Positions 1-10,400 of a DNA stretch of 64,000 bases are shown piece after piece; position 1 is the stretch's first letter, and each line of letters begins with the position of its first letter. The notes beneath the pieces were generated by a model, which worked only from the letters and a program-made list of their open reading frames with translations, searched no databases and was not told the DNA's origin. This DNA comes from Candidatus Hydrogenedentota bacterium. Lineage in GTDB: Bacteria > Hydrogenedentota > Hydrogenedentia > Hydrogenedentales > SLHB01. The position numbers and the translations under genes are program-made. The stretch covers positions 3,873-67,872 of the forward strand of contig BTVY01000002.1 in NCBI GenBank assembly GCA_045863335.1, given 5' to 3'.

Positions 1-65
1 AGAATGAGTGAAACGCGGACGGCGCTCTTGTTGAATCATAGCGTTCGGTGCTTTAGCCTCCTCAT

Positions 66-2600
66 ATGATGCTGAATCGATCTGTTGCCATCCTTTACCT
101 TTGCGCGATTGCTTTGATCCCGATGAATGCGCACTCGTCGGATGACCTCCATGCCGATTTGCTGATCGTGGGTGGGACGGAGTCGGGGTGTGCGGCGGCC
201 GTGCAGGCGGCGCGGATGGGGGTCGGGTCGATTGTGCTGGTGAACGACATCGAGTGGTTGGGGGGACAGTTCACGGCGGAATCGCTGGTGGCTATCGACG
301 AGAACCGGGGTCCGGTGAACCGCTTTCCCTTTCCGCGGTCGGGCATATTCAAAGAAGTGATGGACCGGATCGAGGCGGACAACCTGGAGCGCTACGGCGC
401 GGCGCGGCCGGGGTTCACGCACGTGCACACGACCTGCCGGCCGGCGCATGCGGAAGCGGCGTTTCGTGAGATGGTGCGTCCGTACGTGGATTCAGGGCGG
501 CTACGGATCGTCAGCAATCACTATCCCGTCTCGGCGACGGTCGATGACGGCGCGCTGAAGGCGGTGACCTTCGCGCCGATGGAGGGCGACGGTGATCGAT
601 TCACGGTGCATGCATCCATCACCATCGACGCGTCGGACTGGGGCGATGTGGTGCAAGCGGCGGGCGCGGCGTTCGAGTATGGTCCGGACTTGAAGAGCAC
701 CTACGGCGAACCGCTCGCGCCGGAATCGCGGGACGGGTATCCGCTCACCGATATGAATCCCATTTCGTACACGATGATGGTGATCGAAACGGAGGCGGAC
801 GCAACCATTCCGCCACCGCCCACGTACGATGCGCGCAATTACTCGTGGCAGCAGTTCGATCAGGAGGTCATTTACAAATCGCGCCGTGTTGTCGACAGTT
901 ACGAATTGGGGATCGAACATCCCGACGTGATTCTCCTGTGTTACACGCCCCAGGATTATCCCCTGGACGTCTTGCCGCAACGGGTCGTGGACGCGCTGGA
1001 AGCGAACGAGCCGGGGGCGTCGAAGAAGAACATCGTGTGCATGACCCGCGCGCAGCGGCAGATCGTCTTCGACGATGCAAAACTTCAATCGCTCGGGTTT
1101 CTGCATTACCTGCAAACGGCGGTGCACGATCAGAACGAAAACACCCGCTACAGTTTCCGGCGCTTTGCGCTGAGCGACGAGTTCGGCACGCCGGACATGC
1201 TTCCCATGAAACCGTATATCCGCGAATCGCTGAGGTTGAAAGCCCTGTACATGATGAAGCAGCAGGACACGATGGACGTGAACGGCGCGCGCACGAATGG
1301 GGCCTTTGCGGAGCACATGTATTACGACGGCGTGGCCTCGTGGATCTTCGAGTTTGATTTTCATCCGACAGGACGCAAGTTTGCCGACTGCGATCCGGGC
1401 GGACCGTGGCAATGGTATTTCAAAGAAGGCCGGACCTGGGGTCCGCCATACAGCGGCCGCTCCCTCTTCCCCATGCGCAGCCTGATTCCCGAATCGGTGG
1501 ACGGGCTGCTCGGCGCGCAGAAGAACCTCGGCTACAGCAGCATCGTGAGTTCGGCGGTGCGGCTGCACGATCAGTCCATGGCCATCGGTCAGGCCGCCGG
1601 AGCCACGGCGGCGGTGGCATTACGGCACGATGTTGCGCCGCGCGCGATTCCCGGCGATCCAATGATGCTGGAAGAAACCCGCCGGGGGCTTTGCGCGCGG
1701 CTGGACGGAGGCGTGCCTTCGACGCTGTGGCCGTACCGCGACCTAGCGACCGACCACCCTGCTTTCGAGGCGATCAATCTGCTCGCAGCGCGGCGGGCTT
1801 TTCCAATGACAAAGCAAGACGTCGATTTCCGTCCGGACGACCCCGCGACGGATGAGTGGCGGCACGAAGTCCTGGTGCGGACCCTGCTGACCAAGGAGAC
1901 TGCGCGGGTTATCGGGTATCCAAGCGAACCCATGACGCGCGGCGAATTTGCCATGCGTTGGTACGACATTGTGAAGGACATCCCGGAGCGGCCCTATGAT
2001 CGCATGAGCGAAATCGACGCCGACGGTGATGGGATTGTTGACGCGGAAGATCCGCAGCCATATGGCCATGACGTTTTGTTACCAATCTCAAATCTCAGAT
2101 TTGAGAAAGTGGATGAAGGTTTACCGGAGGCCATCTCGGCGAGGGCGGACGATACGCACTGGTTCAACTTCGCGGGACCGGATGCGAAGGCCACTGACGG
2201 GTTCGAGCACGACAGGGGATTGCCCTTCGATACCGGAAGGGGCTACGGCTGGCTTAACGATCTCAGTGCGAACCATCGCGCGCGCGGGTTCGATGCCGAC
2301 ATCAAGTACGACACCTTCATCTTCACGCGCGGGACGGACACGTGGGAGTGTGCGGTCGAAGATGGGATCTATTACGTTACCGTCTGCGTCGGCGATTCGG
2401 GATTCGAACAGCAGGGACAGTTCGTTCAGATTGAGGGCCAGGTTGTCGCGGATGGCGTCGACACGTACATCGGCGATTTTCATGCGGCGTCCGCAGAAGT
2501 GGAGGTCCGCGATGGAAGGCTGACAGTTGACATCGGAACGGAAGAGCCGTCGTTGAACACCTGCCTAAACTGGCTGCGTATCGTACGTCTGAACAAGTAA
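66..2600 (+). CDS. FAD-dependent oxidoreductase (PF12831-like) with C-terminal beta-sandwich/Ca-binding extension; secreted
   Basis: N-terminal signal peptide, then LLIVGGTESGCAAAVQAARMG dinucleotide-binding motif. 844 aa uninterrupted ORF. A paralog lies at 12619-14199. DADGDGIVDAEDPQPY Ca-binding-like motif in the C-terminal part. Confidence 0.7.
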   Translation: MMLNRSVAILYLCAIALIPMNAHSSDDLHADLLIVGGTESGCAAAVQAARMGVGSIVLVNDIEWLGGQFTAESLVAIDENRGPVNRFPFPRSGIFKEVMDRIEADNLERYGAARPGFTHVHTTCRPAHAEAAFREMVRPYVDSGRLRIVSNHYPVSATVDDGALKAVTFAPMEGDGDRFTVHASITIDASDWGDVVQAAGAAFEYGPDLKSTYGEPLAPESRDGYPLTDMNPISYTMMVIETEADATIPPPPTYDARNYSWQQFDQEVIYKSRRVVDSYELGIEHPDVILLCYTPQDYPLDVLPQRVVDALEANEPGASKKNIVCMTRAQRQIVFDDAKLQSLGFLHYLQTAVHDQNENTRYSFRRFALSDEFGTPDMLPMKPYIRESLRLKALYMMKQQDTMDVNGARTNGAFAEHMYYDGVASWIFEFDFHPTGRKFADCDPGGPWQWYFKEGRTWGPPYSGRSLFPMRSLIPESVDGLLGAQKNLGYSSIVSSAVRLHDQSMAIGQAAGATAAVALRHDVAPRAIPGDPMMLEETRRGLCARLDGGVPSTLWPYRDLATDHPAFEAINLLAARRAFPMTKQDVDFRPDDPATDEWRHEVLVRTLLTKETARVIGYPSEPMTRGEFAMRWYDIVKDIPERPYDRMSEIDADGDGIVDAEDPQPYGHDVLLPISNLRFEKVDEGLPEAISARADDTHWFNFAGPDAKATDGFEHDRGLPFDTGRGYGWLNDLSANHRARGFDADIKYDTFIFTRGTDTWECAVEDGIYYVTVCVGDSGFEQQGQFVQIEGQVVADGVDTYIGDFHAASAEVEVRDGRLTVDIGTEEPSLNTCLNWLRIVRLNK

Positions 2601-2620
2601 ACGAGACTCGGAGACCCCCG

Positions 2621-4597
2621 ATGGAATTATTCCTCCGAAGTACTTGCCTTGGAGTCTTCTTCATGCTCGTGGCACGAGGCCAACCCGCCGATCCGTACAT
2701 CATCTCCCCCGCTCCGGCCGGCGCGCCTTCGACGGTCGTCGTCGAGCAGCGGCCGGTGACAGGCGGGCATGATTACGTGTTGCATTGGGCGATGAACGTG
2801 GAGGGCGAAAAAGCGTGGCGGTTTCGGGCGGAATTTGCCGGAATTACGGCCATTTTTGCCGATGCCGACGGAAACATTGTGGAAACGGTTCAGCGGCATT
2901 CGCATTGTTACCGGACGCTTGGCTGGCAGCAGGCGTGGGTGCTGCTCGAAGCGCCGGAATCCGCGCACAGCGTGACGGCGTCCGTTTCGATCGTGTCGAA
3001 CGATCCGCTTCCGGGACGGTTTCTGGTGGGGGATTTCGCGCTGGAGGACTTGAGCGACGCACCTGCATTGGAAGACGGCGAAGCGCTTCTTCGCATCGAG
3101 GTAGTGGACGATTCGGGATCAGCGGTGCCCGCGAGAATATACGCGATCGATAAGAATGGCGAAGGGCACATCCCGCGATTTGCCTACGGTTCTTCCTTGG
3201 GTAGCCGTTGCTTTTATCTGCCCGATCCGCGGCTGGGAACCATGCAGTTGCCGACAGGACGGTACACGATTCGCGCGATGAAAGGTTTTGAATACGGTGT
3301 TGCGGAGGAAGTCGTGACGCTCGCGCCGGGCGAATCGCGCGTGGTGACGTTGCGCGTGCAACGCCGCTTCGACATGCCGTCCAAGCACTGGTGGAGCGGC
3401 GATCATCACGCCCACCTTTTTCGTCACGGCAGCAGCGTGTATCCCATGATGAACCTCGATGACGTGTACACGATCGCGCAAGCGGAAGGCTTGTCGTACC
3501 TGCCCTTCATGGGCGAAGACAAGGTAACGGATGCGGCGCGCGACTATCACGCGCCCGGGTTCATCGGATATGCAACTGCAGAAGAAACGCACGACACCTG
3601 GGGCCATGTGTGCCCGATTGGCGTGGAGGAGTGGCCACGATTCGACAATTACCAGGACCTCTGGCCCATGAACTACGACTGGATCGTGGCCGCGAACGAT
3701 GCCGGCGGCGCGATGGCCTATGCCCATCCCTACTCGCGCATGCGGGAAGTCGGGGTGCTGGCGCACATCGGCGATTTCGATGCGGGCCATGGCGCGCGCG
3801 GGTATCCCATCGACGCCGCGCTGGGTGCGCGATTCACCCTCGACATGCTGACGCTGGAGTCGGACAGCGCGCCCTATGACGTGAAGTTGCGGGACTACAT
3901 GCGGCTGTTGAATTGTGGCGTACGAATCGGCGTTTCGGCGTCGACCGACTTTCACGTGGACCAGGCGCGGGAACCCATCGGCGGCATGCGCACGTATGTA
4001 AAGGCGGAGGCATTGGAGTGGCCGGAAATTGCGGAATCGTATCGCGAAGGCCGCACCTTCGCCACGAATGGACCCCTGGTTTCCTTATCGGTCAATGGTG
4101 GAGGAATCGGTGATACGGTCACTCTTGACGCCCCAAGCGATATTTCGATTCACGTAACCGCGCAAAGTCTGTGGGATATTGACGGTGTCGAGCTCTGGCA
4201 GGACGGTTCGCTCGTTGCCATGCTCGCGGCGTCGAACGGCCGCGTCGACAAGCAAATCACGTTGCCGGTGCAGCGCAGCGGCTGGCTGTTGGTGATCGTG
4301 AAGGGACCTGCGGTACCCGAGGTCATGAACGCGCCCGAAGGCAACGCCATGGTCGAAGGCCAGTACGCCATCACGAGTCCGGTGTACCTTGAAGTGGCCG
4401 GAGTGCCATGGGCCCGCGATCCAGAGGCGGCACAGTATTTTCTGGAATGGATCGACGTGGTCGAATCGGGTTTTATGGCGGCATGCGCGCGGGTCGCGCC
4501 GGAGGGAAGTCCCATGCCACGCGAGCGACAGGAGATCGTACTGAAGCGGCTGGAGACGGCGCGCGAATTCTATCGAGAGCACTTGCGCACACCGTAG
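2621..4597 (+). CDS. secreted PHP/CehA-McbA-like metal-dependent hydrolase domain protein
   Basis: ATG preceded by GGAGA. Hydrophobic N-terminus. WWSGDHHAHLFRHGSS resembles the GDxHxHT..S PHP/CehA motif. 658 aa ORF. Confidence 0.45.
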   Translation: MELFLRSTCLGVFFMLVARGQPADPYIISPAPAGAPSTVVVEQRPVTGGHDYVLHWAMNVEGEKAWRFRAEFAGITAIFADADGNIVETVQRHSHCYRTLGWQQAWVLLEAPESAHSVTASVSIVSNDPLPGRFLVGDFALEDLSDAPALEDGEALLRIEVVDDSGSAVPARIYAIDKNGEGHIPRFAYGSSLGSRCFYLPDPRLGTMQLPTGRYTIRAMKGFEYGVAEEVVTLAPGESRVVTLRVQRRFDMPSKHWWSGDHHAHLFRHGSSVYPMMNLDDVYTIAQAEGLSYLPFMGEDKVTDAARDYHAPGFIGYATAEETHDTWGHVCPIGVEEWPRFDNYQDLWPMNYDWIVAANDAGGAMAYAHPYSRMREVGVLAHIGDFDAGHGARGYPIDAALGARFTLDMLTLESDSAPYDVKLRDYMRLLNCGVRIGVSASTDFHVDQAREPIGGMRTYVKAEALEWPEIAESYREGRTFATNGPLVSLSVNGGGIGDTVTLDAPSDISIHVTAQSLWDIDGVELWQDGSLVAMLAASNGRVDKQITLPVQRSGWLLVIVKGPAVPEVMNAPEGNAMVEGQYAITSPVYLEVAGVPWARDPEAAQYFLEWIDVVESGFMAACARVAPEGSPMPRERQEIVLKRLETAREFYREHLRTP

Positions 4598-4623
4598 ACT
4601 ACAAAAGAAGGGACCAGGGATTG

Positions 4624-6831
4624 ATGCGTTCACGTACGTTCTGCCTGTTTGTCGCGTTCATGACGGGCGCGATGCACGTTCATGCCGATCCGGCGATAGA
4701 CCCCTGGCTGGTTTCCCAAGACTGGACCCGCGACGCAGACGGGCCGGTATTGTCGCTCGGGCAAACAGGGCAATTCGACGACACGCATCTATTCGCGCCT
4801 GCGGTCATTTACGAGGACGGCGTGTATTCCATGTACTACTGCGGCTCTCAGGCGGATGTGGCGAACCGGGTGTTCGCCATGGGGCTGGCGACGAGCACGG
4901 ACGGCAATAACTTCACGCGCGTAACCGAGGAGCCGGTGTTCCGCTTTGATGACGCGACGCGTTCGGTGTTGACGCCCACGTTTTTGCGTTCGCCTGACGG
5001 ATCGGTCCTGCGTGAAAACGGACGGCTTCGAATGTGGTTTTCGAGCACCGACTTTCCATCGGGCGACGGCATCCACACCTTGCACGAGACCTTCAGCGAA
5101 GATGGCAAGACATGGGACGCGCCCTCCCCCACACTGCTGACGGGCGTGTACGCGCCCACGGTCTTGCTCACAGGCGAATTCTATCGCATGTGGTATGCGG
5201 ACGTGTCGGCGGAGCCTTGGGTCATACGCCACGCGATCAGCCGCGACGGAACGCAGTGGCACGTCACGGAGAAGCCGTGCATTGAATTGGACCAGGACTG
5301 GGAAACGCGGCGGCTCTTCTACCCCACGGTGCTGAAGATCGGTGACCGGTATTGCATGTGGTACGGCGCGTACTGGACCGCTCGCGACAACACGACGGCG
5401 CTGGGCTTCGCGGTGAGCGACGACGGGCTGACGTGGACGAAGCATCCGGACAACCCCGTGTATACGCCGGACCCGTCGCGGGATTGGGAATCGCACTACA
5501 CGACGAGTCAATCCGTATTACGCGATGCCGCCGGGTCGTTGCGCATCTGGTACGCAACGCGGCCTGCGCCGCCCTTCGACCACAAGTACTTCGCCATCGG
5601 CACGGCACGCTGGGAGCAAGGGTTTCCGGCGGAGACCGCTCAGCGCATCCATCCCATGAACTGGCCCGAACGGAGCGCCACCTTGCGCGAGTGGATGGCG
5701 GCCAGTTTGACGCTGCCTTCGGCGCGAGTACCGCTCGATCCGCAAACGCACCGGGAGCGCGAACTCCCCCACTGCCGGATCGAATCGATTTCCTACCAGA
5801 GCGAAACGGGATCGCGCGTGACAGCGTTGTTCTACCTGCCGAAAGACATGAACGGACCTGTCCCCGCAATCCTGGTTGCTTGCGGACATGGCGGCTCGAA
5901 ATCCGCCCTGTACGCCCAGTATGCGGGCCAGCTCTACGCGTCCATGGGCTTTGCCGTGCTCGTGCCAGACACGATCGGTGAGGAAGAGCGCAATGTCGAG
6001 GGCAAGATGGGCAGCCGCGCGCACGACTTGTACCGGTTCAACCAGCAGGAGCGCATCGACTTCGTGCAAAACACCCTCAAGCGAAGCATCCTCGGCAAGA
6101 TCGTGTGGGACCTGATCCGCGGCGTGGACTACCTGGCGCAGCGGCCGGAGGTCGATCCCGGTCGCATCGGGTTGGCGGGGAACTCGCTGGGCGGAACCTC
6201 GGCGGGATGCGTCGGGGTTTTGGAGCCGCGCATCCATGCCACCTTGATCAGCGGTTGGGGATTCACCCGGCTCGGGGTGGTGCGAGGGAAGGAGTGCACG
6301 CGACTGCCATACGAAGAATTCGCTCGCGTCATGAGCTTCGCGGAGATGACGGCACTTTTCGCGCCCCACAGCGCCGCGCTCTTCTACTCCGGCGACCGCG
6401 ATCTCATCATCGACAGTTTTGAAGACGGCGCGGCGCTGGTGCGGTACATCAAGGCCAACGTGGCGGGCGCACGGCAGATCCTGGACGACTCCGGAATTCC
6501 CCACGACATTGGCTACCGGTTCGCGCCGGGCGCCGATCACCGGCCCCTGTTTCTCGCGCCCGACTCGGTGCTCTGGTTCCAAGAACGGCTCATGCATGAA
6601 GATGAACGCCGTCCGCTGCCTGACGATACCGTGAAGTTCGGGGAGTGGGCGGATCGCTCCGGGCAACCGTTGGAGAAACTCTACAGCACCGAAGAGCGGC
6701 AATATGGCTTGATCGTTCCCGATATGGGGGTCGAGTATTTGGCACCGCCGGAGTTGGCTTGTTTCCCGGGAGAAGCAGGCAATCCCGAGTACACCTTTGA
6801 GGGATGGATGGACCTCGTTTTGGGTCAATAA
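4624..6831 (+). CDS. bifunctional GH43-like five-bladed beta-propeller / alpha-beta hydrolase (acetyl xylan esterase-like)
   Basis: Signal peptide MRSRTFCLFVAFMTGAMHVHA. LFAPAVIYEDGVYSMYYCGSQ is a GH43/GH32/GH130-type propeller motif. C-terminal GHGGSK...LAGNSLGG is the GxSxG serine-hydrolase nucleophile elbow. The track ORF starts at 4408, but 4624 gives a signal peptide and does not overlap the upstream gene. Confidence 0.6.
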   Translation: MRSRTFCLFVAFMTGAMHVHADPAIDPWLVSQDWTRDADGPVLSLGQTGQFDDTHLFAPAVIYEDGVYSMYYCGSQADVANRVFAMGLATSTDGNNFTRVTEEPVFRFDDATRSVLTPTFLRSPDGSVLRENGRLRMWFSSTDFPSGDGIHTLHETFSEDGKTWDAPSPTLLTGVYAPTVLLTGEFYRMWYADVSAEPWVIRHAISRDGTQWHVTEKPCIELDQDWETRRLFYPTVLKIGDRYCMWYGAYWTARDNTTALGFAVSDDGLTWTKHPDNPVYTPDPSRDWESHYTTSQSVLRDAAGSLRIWYATRPAPPFDHKYFAIGTARWEQGFPAETAQRIHPMNWPERSATLREWMAASLTLPSARVPLDPQTHRERELPHCRIESISYQSETGSRVTALFYLPKDMNGPVPAILVACGHGGSKSALYAQYAGQLYASMGFAVLVPDTIGEEERNVEGKMGSRAHDLYRFNQQERIDFVQNTLKRSILGKIVWDLIRGVDYLAQRPEVDPGRIGLAGNSLGGTSAGCVGVLEPRIHATLISGWGFTRLGVVRGKECTRLPYEEFARVMSFAEMTALFAPHSAALFYSGDRDLIIDSFEDGAALVRYIKANVAGARQILDDSGIPHDIGYRFAPGADHRPLFLAPDSVLWFQERLMHEDERRPLPDDTVKFGEWADRSGQPLEKLYSTEERQYGLIVPDMGVEYLAPPELACFPGEAGNPEYTFEGWMDLVLGQ

Positions 6832-6970
6832 GTCTGCATAACGGTGGTGTGTCGTAGCGACGGTGCTCGCGGGCGTGGCGAAAGGTAGCCCCGCATTTCG
6901 GTAATTTGATATGCTTTGCCGCAGTACCTCTGTAAGGCATTCTCCCCCAACGAAGGATTGAAAACACAAC

Positions 6971-8227
6971 ATGGAGCAGTGGTCATTTTTGTCGGCGGAC
7001 CAGGTGCGGGAAGTCGCGCGGAACTTCGGCACGCCCGTCTACGTGTACGATGAACGAACCCTCGAACAGCAGGCGCGGGCGCTCTTGGGTATCCCAAACG
7101 CATATGGCCTAACCGCGCGATTCGCAATGAAGGCCTTGCCCAGCGCGGCGGTCGTGCGGCTCTTTGCCAATGCGGGGCTTCATATCGACGCCAGCAGCGG
7201 CTATGAGGCCGAGCGCGCGATGCGGGTGGGGGTGGCCCCGTCGCATATTCAGCTTACTGCACAGCAGATGCCGGAGAATCTGAGCGAACTCGTATCCCGA
7301 GGGATGCTGTTTAACGCGTGCTCGCTCCATCAACTCGATACGTACGGACGATTGTTTCCGAATGCTGAAGTCTGCGTCCGGATTAACCCGGGCCTCGGTT
7401 CGGGCCACTCCAACCGCACCAACGTGGGGGGCCCGTCGGCAGCCTTCGGCATCTGGCACGAACATCTTGCCGATGTCGAGACCATTCGTCAGAAACATAA
7501 TCTCCGAATCACGCGGATGCACACGCACATCGGCTCCGGCACGGACCCCGAAGTGTGGAACCGGTGCGCGCGAATGTCGCTGGAGATTGCGTCACGATTA
7601 CCTGAGGTCACGACCCTTAGTCTAGGTGGCGGATTCAAAGCGGGCCGGATGCCCGGCGAAGCGTCCGTGGACCTTCAGGAAATCGGCAAGCTCATCGTGC
7701 AGGATTTCGAGGAGTTCCACGCCAACCACGGGCGCAAGCTACACCTGGAGCTGGAACCCGGAACGTTTCTCGTGGCCAATGCGGGCGCAATCGTTTGCGG
7801 CGTCATTGACGTCATCGACACCGGCGCAGGCGGGTACCACTTCATCAAGGTCGACAGCGGGATGACCGAAGTGGTGCGGCCCAGCATGTACGGCGCGCAA
7901 CATCCAATTGCAGTCGTCCCACACAAAGAGGAGACCCGCGGCACGCAGGACTACCTGGTGGTAGGCCACTGCTGCGAAAGCGGCGACGTGCTCACGCCGG
8001 AACCGGGCAACCCGGAAGGCTTGCTGCCGCGCACGCTGACCGAAGCGCGAATCGGGGACTATCTCGTTATCGGTGGCGCGGGCGCCTATTGTGCTGGCAT
8101 GTCCACGAAGAACTACAACAGCTTTCCCGAGGCGCCGGAGGTCATGCTTTCCAAGGAGGGCACCTTCCTGCTCGTCCGCAAACGACAGACCCTCCAACAG
8201 ATGGTCGCAAATGAGATGATGGCATGA
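6971..8227 (+). CDS. lysA: diaminopimelate decarboxylase-like PLP-dependent decarboxylase (fold type III)
   Basis: GTPVYVYDE, FAMKALP (PLP lysine), SLGGGF, EPGTFL and HCCESGD motifs typical of LysA/Orn-DAP-Arg decarboxylases. Could alternatively be NspC or an ornithine decarboxylase. Confidence 0.6.
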   Translation: MEQWSFLSADQVREVARNFGTPVYVYDERTLEQQARALLGIPNAYGLTARFAMKALPSAAVVRLFANAGLHIDASSGYEAERAMRVGVAPSHIQLTAQQMPENLSELVSRGMLFNACSLHQLDTYGRLFPNAEVCVRINPGLGSGHSNRTNVGGPSAAFGIWHEHLADVETIRQKHNLRITRMHTHIGSGTDPEVWNRCARMSLEIASRLPEVTTLSLGGGFKAGRMPGEASVDLQEIGKLIVQDFEEFHANHGRKLHLELEPGTFLVANAGAIVCGVIDVIDTGAGGYHFIKVDSGMTEVVRPSMYGAQHPIAVVPHKEETRGTQDYLVVGHCCESGDVLTPEPGNPEGLLPRTLTEARIGDYLVIGGAGAYCAGMSTKNYNSFPEAPEVMLSKEGTFLLVRKRQTLQQMVANEMMA

Positions 8228-8232
8228 TCTGC

Positions 8233-8256
8233 GGAGGGCGGGTTTTCCAACCCGCC
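8233..8256. terminator. hairpin GGAGGGCGGGTTTTCCAACCCGCC; downstream of lysA (convergent junction)
   Basis: Stem GCGGGTT/AACCCGC with loop TTCC. The identical element recurs inverted at 8350-8373. Confidence 0.4.
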
Positions 8257-8349
8257 AAACCCATAACCTGCGAGCGTCCGCCGCGACTGCGTAATTGTTG
8301 CGAAACGATACTGGCGCAGGCATCACTCCGGCGACCGGCGATCCGCGAC

Positions 8350-8373
8350 GGCGGGTTGGAAAACCCGCCCTCC
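8350..8373. terminator. hairpin GGCGGGTTGGAAAACCCGCCCTCC; downstream of the permease gene (minus strand)
   Basis: Perfect reverse complement of the 8233-8256 element, 93 bp away. Confidence 0.4.
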
Positions 8374-10400
8374 TAAGAACCCGTTGCTTCGCGATGCGGC
8401 CGGAAGCGTTCCAGGAGCAAGATTCCAGCGGTGCAGATGATCGCCGCGAGTGCGATGAGCCACCAGGGAAAACCTTGTTCCTCTTTCAGGGTGCGGTCGA
8501 GAAACGGTTGAATTGACTCCGGCACGTGCTCGCTCTGAAGAACGATGCCAGTCGTGTTGATGAGGAAATGGGTAAGCATGCCAGGGAAGATGGATCCGGA
8601 TCGCCACACGAGATAGGTGAGCAGGATGCCGCTCAGGGCGGTTAGGATCATGCGGTGGATGCTGATGTGCGCCACTCCGAAGGCGATTCCCACGCAGAGA
8701 AACAAGGCCCACCACGGTAAGTGGCGTCGTAGTCCGGACAGTACTGCTCCGCGAAAGACGACCTCTTCACAGATGGCCGGCGATAGTGCAAGCACCAGAA
8801 TGAGGAACCAGAGTGGCTGATTGCCGAGCCCGATGAGTTCTTCCATTTGCTTCGCAAGATCTTCCGGGAAGGGCAGAATCTTCTGCTGCCACACGCTGAA
8901 CTGAAGGCTGAGCGTCGCCCAGCCCACGGCGACTATGAGCGTGGCGAGCCAAATGCCCGCTGGGGGGAGCCGCAAACTCAAAGCATTCCGAAGATCGACG
9001 CGCACGTACCAAAGCACGAGCAGCGTCGGCAGGAGGAAGAGTCCCCACTGGGTCACCACGATTCCCCAAACCGCGAGTTCAGACTGCGCGTAGGTGCCCA
9101 CGTAGAAGAGCAACAGCAGGCACAACGTGAAAATGAACAGGGCAACGCCCGGCGTGGGTTCGCTGCGTGGCCGGAAGAACGAGCGGCGCAGTGTCAGGGG
9201 GAGGCCGCGATCCTCCGAGAGCACGACGTCCTCCCGCCGGAAGATCCGCGCGGCCACGTAGAGCGCGATGCACGCGTAGACGGTCGTGCTGAGCAGCACC
9301 ATGACGATGGACTGGGGATCCACCTGCGACGTCATCAGATCCTTGAACAGGAGGGCGAAGTTCGCGATTGGCACAAACTGCATCGATGTAGTCAGATGCA
9401 CGCTGGGCACCGCGGCGTAACCGGAGGGAAACAGAAGGATCAGAAGGAACGGCGTCAGGAGGCTTTGCGCTTCGCGAAAACTTCGCGCAAGGACTGCGAT
9501 GGACATCATGACGGCGGAAATGAAAAAAGCCAGCGGAAGCAGGGCCAGTATCACGACAACGACGCTGCTGATGGGCAGGCGCAACTCAAAGACACCCATG
9601 TCGCCCTGGAGCTGGGCAAGTTGAAAAGCAAAGGTCGCCACCATGCTGCCGAGGTTTGTCAGACCGGTCAGCAACGCGAGTATGAAGACGGTCAAGAATT
9701 TGCCGGAGAGAATCTCGTAACTGGATGTAGGTGTCGAGAGCAGCGTTTCAAAAGTGCCGCGCTCCTTTTCCCCCGCCGTCAAATCGATGGCGGGATAGAA
9801 GGCCCCGATGCCGAGCATGACGATCATTAACGGAGGCATGAGCATGCCCAAGACGACCTGGGTGGTCCGCGTGCTGGGCGCGACGTTCTCGCGGGATACT
9901 TCGAGGGGGTTCACGAAGTCGGCCGGAATGCCCGCGTTTTCCAGACGGGTTTTCAGCAGATCTGCTTCGCGCTCGTTAAAGGCTTCCAGCAGCCGTTTGA
10001 CGGCTTCCTGCGAGGCCGTGTCGGTCGCGTCGTAGAGGATCGTGATCTGCGCCGCGCGGCCTTCTTCCAGATCCTGTTGCAGGTCGCCTTCGAGGACGAC
10101 GACCGCCTGAAGCCGTCCGGCAGCCAATTCCGCTTCTGGATCGCCGGGGTACCTGAGGGCGATGCTTTGCTCACCGTGCAGCCAGTCTTCAAGGATACCA
10201 GCGTGGTCCGCAAGGATCGCCACACGGGAGGGCGCCTGAGCGACACGGTCCCGCTCCATCATGGCGGCCTGCGAGCCGAAGATGAACAGCGCTGGATAGA
10301 GCACAATCGGAATGCCCAGCATGGCGATCAGCGTCCGCTTGTCGCGGAGCATGTCGAGCAGTTCCTTACGGAATATGACAAGTACGGTGTGAAACTTCAT
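8373..10400 (-). CDS. ABC-2 family transporter permease fused to C-terminal CPBP (CAAX/Abi) intramembrane metalloprotease
   Basis: N-terminal MKFHTVLVIFRKELLDMLRDKRTLIAMLG is an ABC-2 permease start. C-terminal EEVVFRG, FGVAH and HFLIN are CPBP motifs 1-3. The ATG at 10398-10400 overlaps the stop of the ATPase gene (ATGA). The track ORF extends to 10538. Confidence 0.7.
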   Translation of the reverse strand: MKFHTVLVIFRKELLDMLRDKRTLIAMLGIPIVLYPALFIFGSQAAMMERDRVAQAPSRVAILADHAGILEDWLHGEQSIALRYPGDPEAELAAGRLQAVVVLEGDLQQDLEEGRAAQITILYDATDTASQEAVKRLLEAFNEREADLLKTRLENAGIPADFVNPLEVSRENVAPSTRTTQVVLGMLMPPLMIVMLGIGAFYPAIDLTAGEKERGTFETLLSTPTSSYEILSGKFLTVFILALLTGLTNLGSMVATFAFQLAQLQGDMGVFELRLPISSVVVVILALLPLAFFISAVMMSIAVLARSFREAQSLLTPFLLILLFPSGYAAVPSVHLTTSMQFVPIANFALLFKDLMTSQVDPQSIVMVLLSTTVYACIALYVAARIFRREDVVLSEDRGLPLTLRRSFFRPRSEPTPGVALFIFTLCLLLLFYVGTYAQSELAVWGIVVTQWGLFLLPTLLVLWYVRVDLRNALSLRLPPAGIWLATLIVAVGWATLSLQFSVWQQKILPFPEDLAKQMEELIGLGNQPLWFLILVLALSPAICEEVVFRGAVLSGLRRHLPWWALFLCVGIAFGVAHISIHRMILTALSGILLTYLVWRSGSIFPGMLTHFLINTTGIVLQSEHVPESIQPFLDRTLKEEQGFPWWLIALAAIICTAGILLLERFRPHREATGS

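Noticed and set aside
501-1568. 355-aa minus-strand ORF (and 36-449, 845-1357, 1406-1855 and others) inside the first FAD oxidoreductase gene
   Set aside because: Arg/Ala/Pro/Gly-rich low-complexity translations antisense or out of frame to a gene with a signal peptide and a GG FAD motif. These are spurious.
5518-7032. 504-aa minus-strand ORF spanning the GH43-like::esterase gene and the lysA promoter
   Set aside because: Antisense to two well-supported genes and Arg-rich. It would also overlap the lysA start.
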